Part shown: piece after piece, positions 62,961-64,000 of the stretch
Numbering within the stretch: position 1 is the first letter of the stretch
Layout: each line of letters starts with the position of its first letter
Position numbers and translations under genes: made by a program
Assembly (NCBI RefSeq): GCF_018350175.1
Contig: NC_058373.1
Location: 114,082,001 to 114,146,000, forward strand
Source of the DNA: Felis catus
Taxonomy: Eukaryota
Length of the DNA: 64,000 bases
Direction of reading: 5' to 3'
Notes under the pieces: model-generated
What the model saw: only the letters and a program-made list of their open reading frames with translations
What the model was told of the DNA's origin: nothing
Databases searched by the model: none

Positions 62961-64000
62961 GAATTCCTCAGAGCATAACTTGATCTTTATTTTTCTCAGT
63001 TCTCCCTGGATCTATGAGAACCTCCTCACCAACCCTCAGAAGACTTATCTAGACCTGAGTTTGGGATTTCTAGTCCTGGCATACTTAGCAGGAGGCATGA
63101 CTTACATCGTGGCTCAGTAATAGAATTCTGGAGATTTTAGCCATCTTGAAGGGTTTGAATGTGGGTCATGGTACAAAGTTCCAATGAAAACAAGTGGGCA
63201 AGTCTGATCAAGAAAAATAGTCATTTTAAATCAAGTCAGATATTTACGTAGTTTATGTCTTGGGTCCCCCTGCCCAGGCCTTGCTTCCTTGCCTAAATGT
63301 TTCTTCGTGGATGCAGCTCGCAGGGAAGGTTCTCAGTCTTTCTGGTATCTTGGCTTCCAATCAGTCCTCCTTTTTCCACTTTGGGGTTTTGTTGTTGAAC
63401 GTTTATTAACTGCAGGCATTTAGTGGGTGGAAGTTGGGATTTGCCTGGGGCTGGAAGGAAGTCATTTGCCAGGCCAGGATAAGGTGTGGTTTAAGAGTAG
63501 GAGCTCGAATCCCCTTCACCTGCTTAATTCATTTCAAGGGAGATTTGTTTTCAACTCCAAAATTACCTGCTAGGATTTCTCGACCTGAGATCCTATCTCC
63601 TCTGGCTGTTTTCTTTCATTTCCGATGATAAGAAAGGCTACAGGAAAAAAAGGACTGAGAAGCTCAAGAACATTCTTGCACTCTTTTAAATAAAATTGCA
63701 CACAGTGAGTTATTTTCTTTACTGTCTTCTACAAAATAGCTAGTAGAAGGTCTGTACAAGCCATCAGAACCTCTGCTCCTAGGGAGGTGTGTCTGAGACC
63801 CGGGAGAGTAAATGCAACTGGGGTTTTACAGAAAACTCCGGAACAGTGAATGAGAGGGCAGGGGCTCTGGTCTGTTTAGCTCACAGCTCTCTCCACTGCC
63901 CTCTGGCCCTTGGCTCAGAGCTGCTTGTCTCTGCCCATGGTGACCCAGGTTTGCCTGCCGTTGACCCCCTCTTGGAGACAATGGCTGTTCAGGGAGCCTG

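Noticed and set aside
1..64000. Prokaryote-style systems (CRISPR arrays, operons, defence islands) or an intact autonomous retroelement
   Set aside because: The sequence is mammalian non-coding DNA. There is no repeat-spacer array or long coding region, and all LINE/LTR copies are fragmentary.

Overview
Mammalian genomic DNA, almost certainly felid (cat lineage). At least 14 Can-SINE (SINEC) copies are present, two of them near-pristine young Felis-type copies. The window is non-coding (intronic or intergenic) and dominated by interspersed repeats: Can-SINEs, MIR, L2, L3/CR1, old L1M fragments, MaLR (MLT1) and MER21 LTRs, and hAT-Charlie DNA transposon relics (MER3, MER5A, MER58A, MER102, MER103-like). 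I recognise no intact protein-coding gene, RNA gene or CRISPR array, and the ORF track looks like chance or repeat-derived ORFs. The most notable signal is on the minus strand at about 19490-20420, in a stretch with no repeat I recognise. There, motifs resembling TM2-TM7 of a class A peptide GPCR (ghrelin/motilin/neurotensin/NMU/GPR39 branch) appear in order and at roughly the right spacing across several frameshifts and stops. This is a candidate ancient decayed receptor pseudogene, seen by eye and not yet confirmed. Other points of interest are a TCF/LEF+SOX motif cluster (about 50.0-51.4 kb), several TAAT-rich enhancer-like blocks, an amniote-type MIR relic, a perfect 52-bp tandem duplication, a SINE dimer under one TSD, a (TC)24/(GA)21 hairpin, and a nested, internally deleted L1. 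Repeat subfamily names come from recalled consensus sequences and boundaries are approximate.
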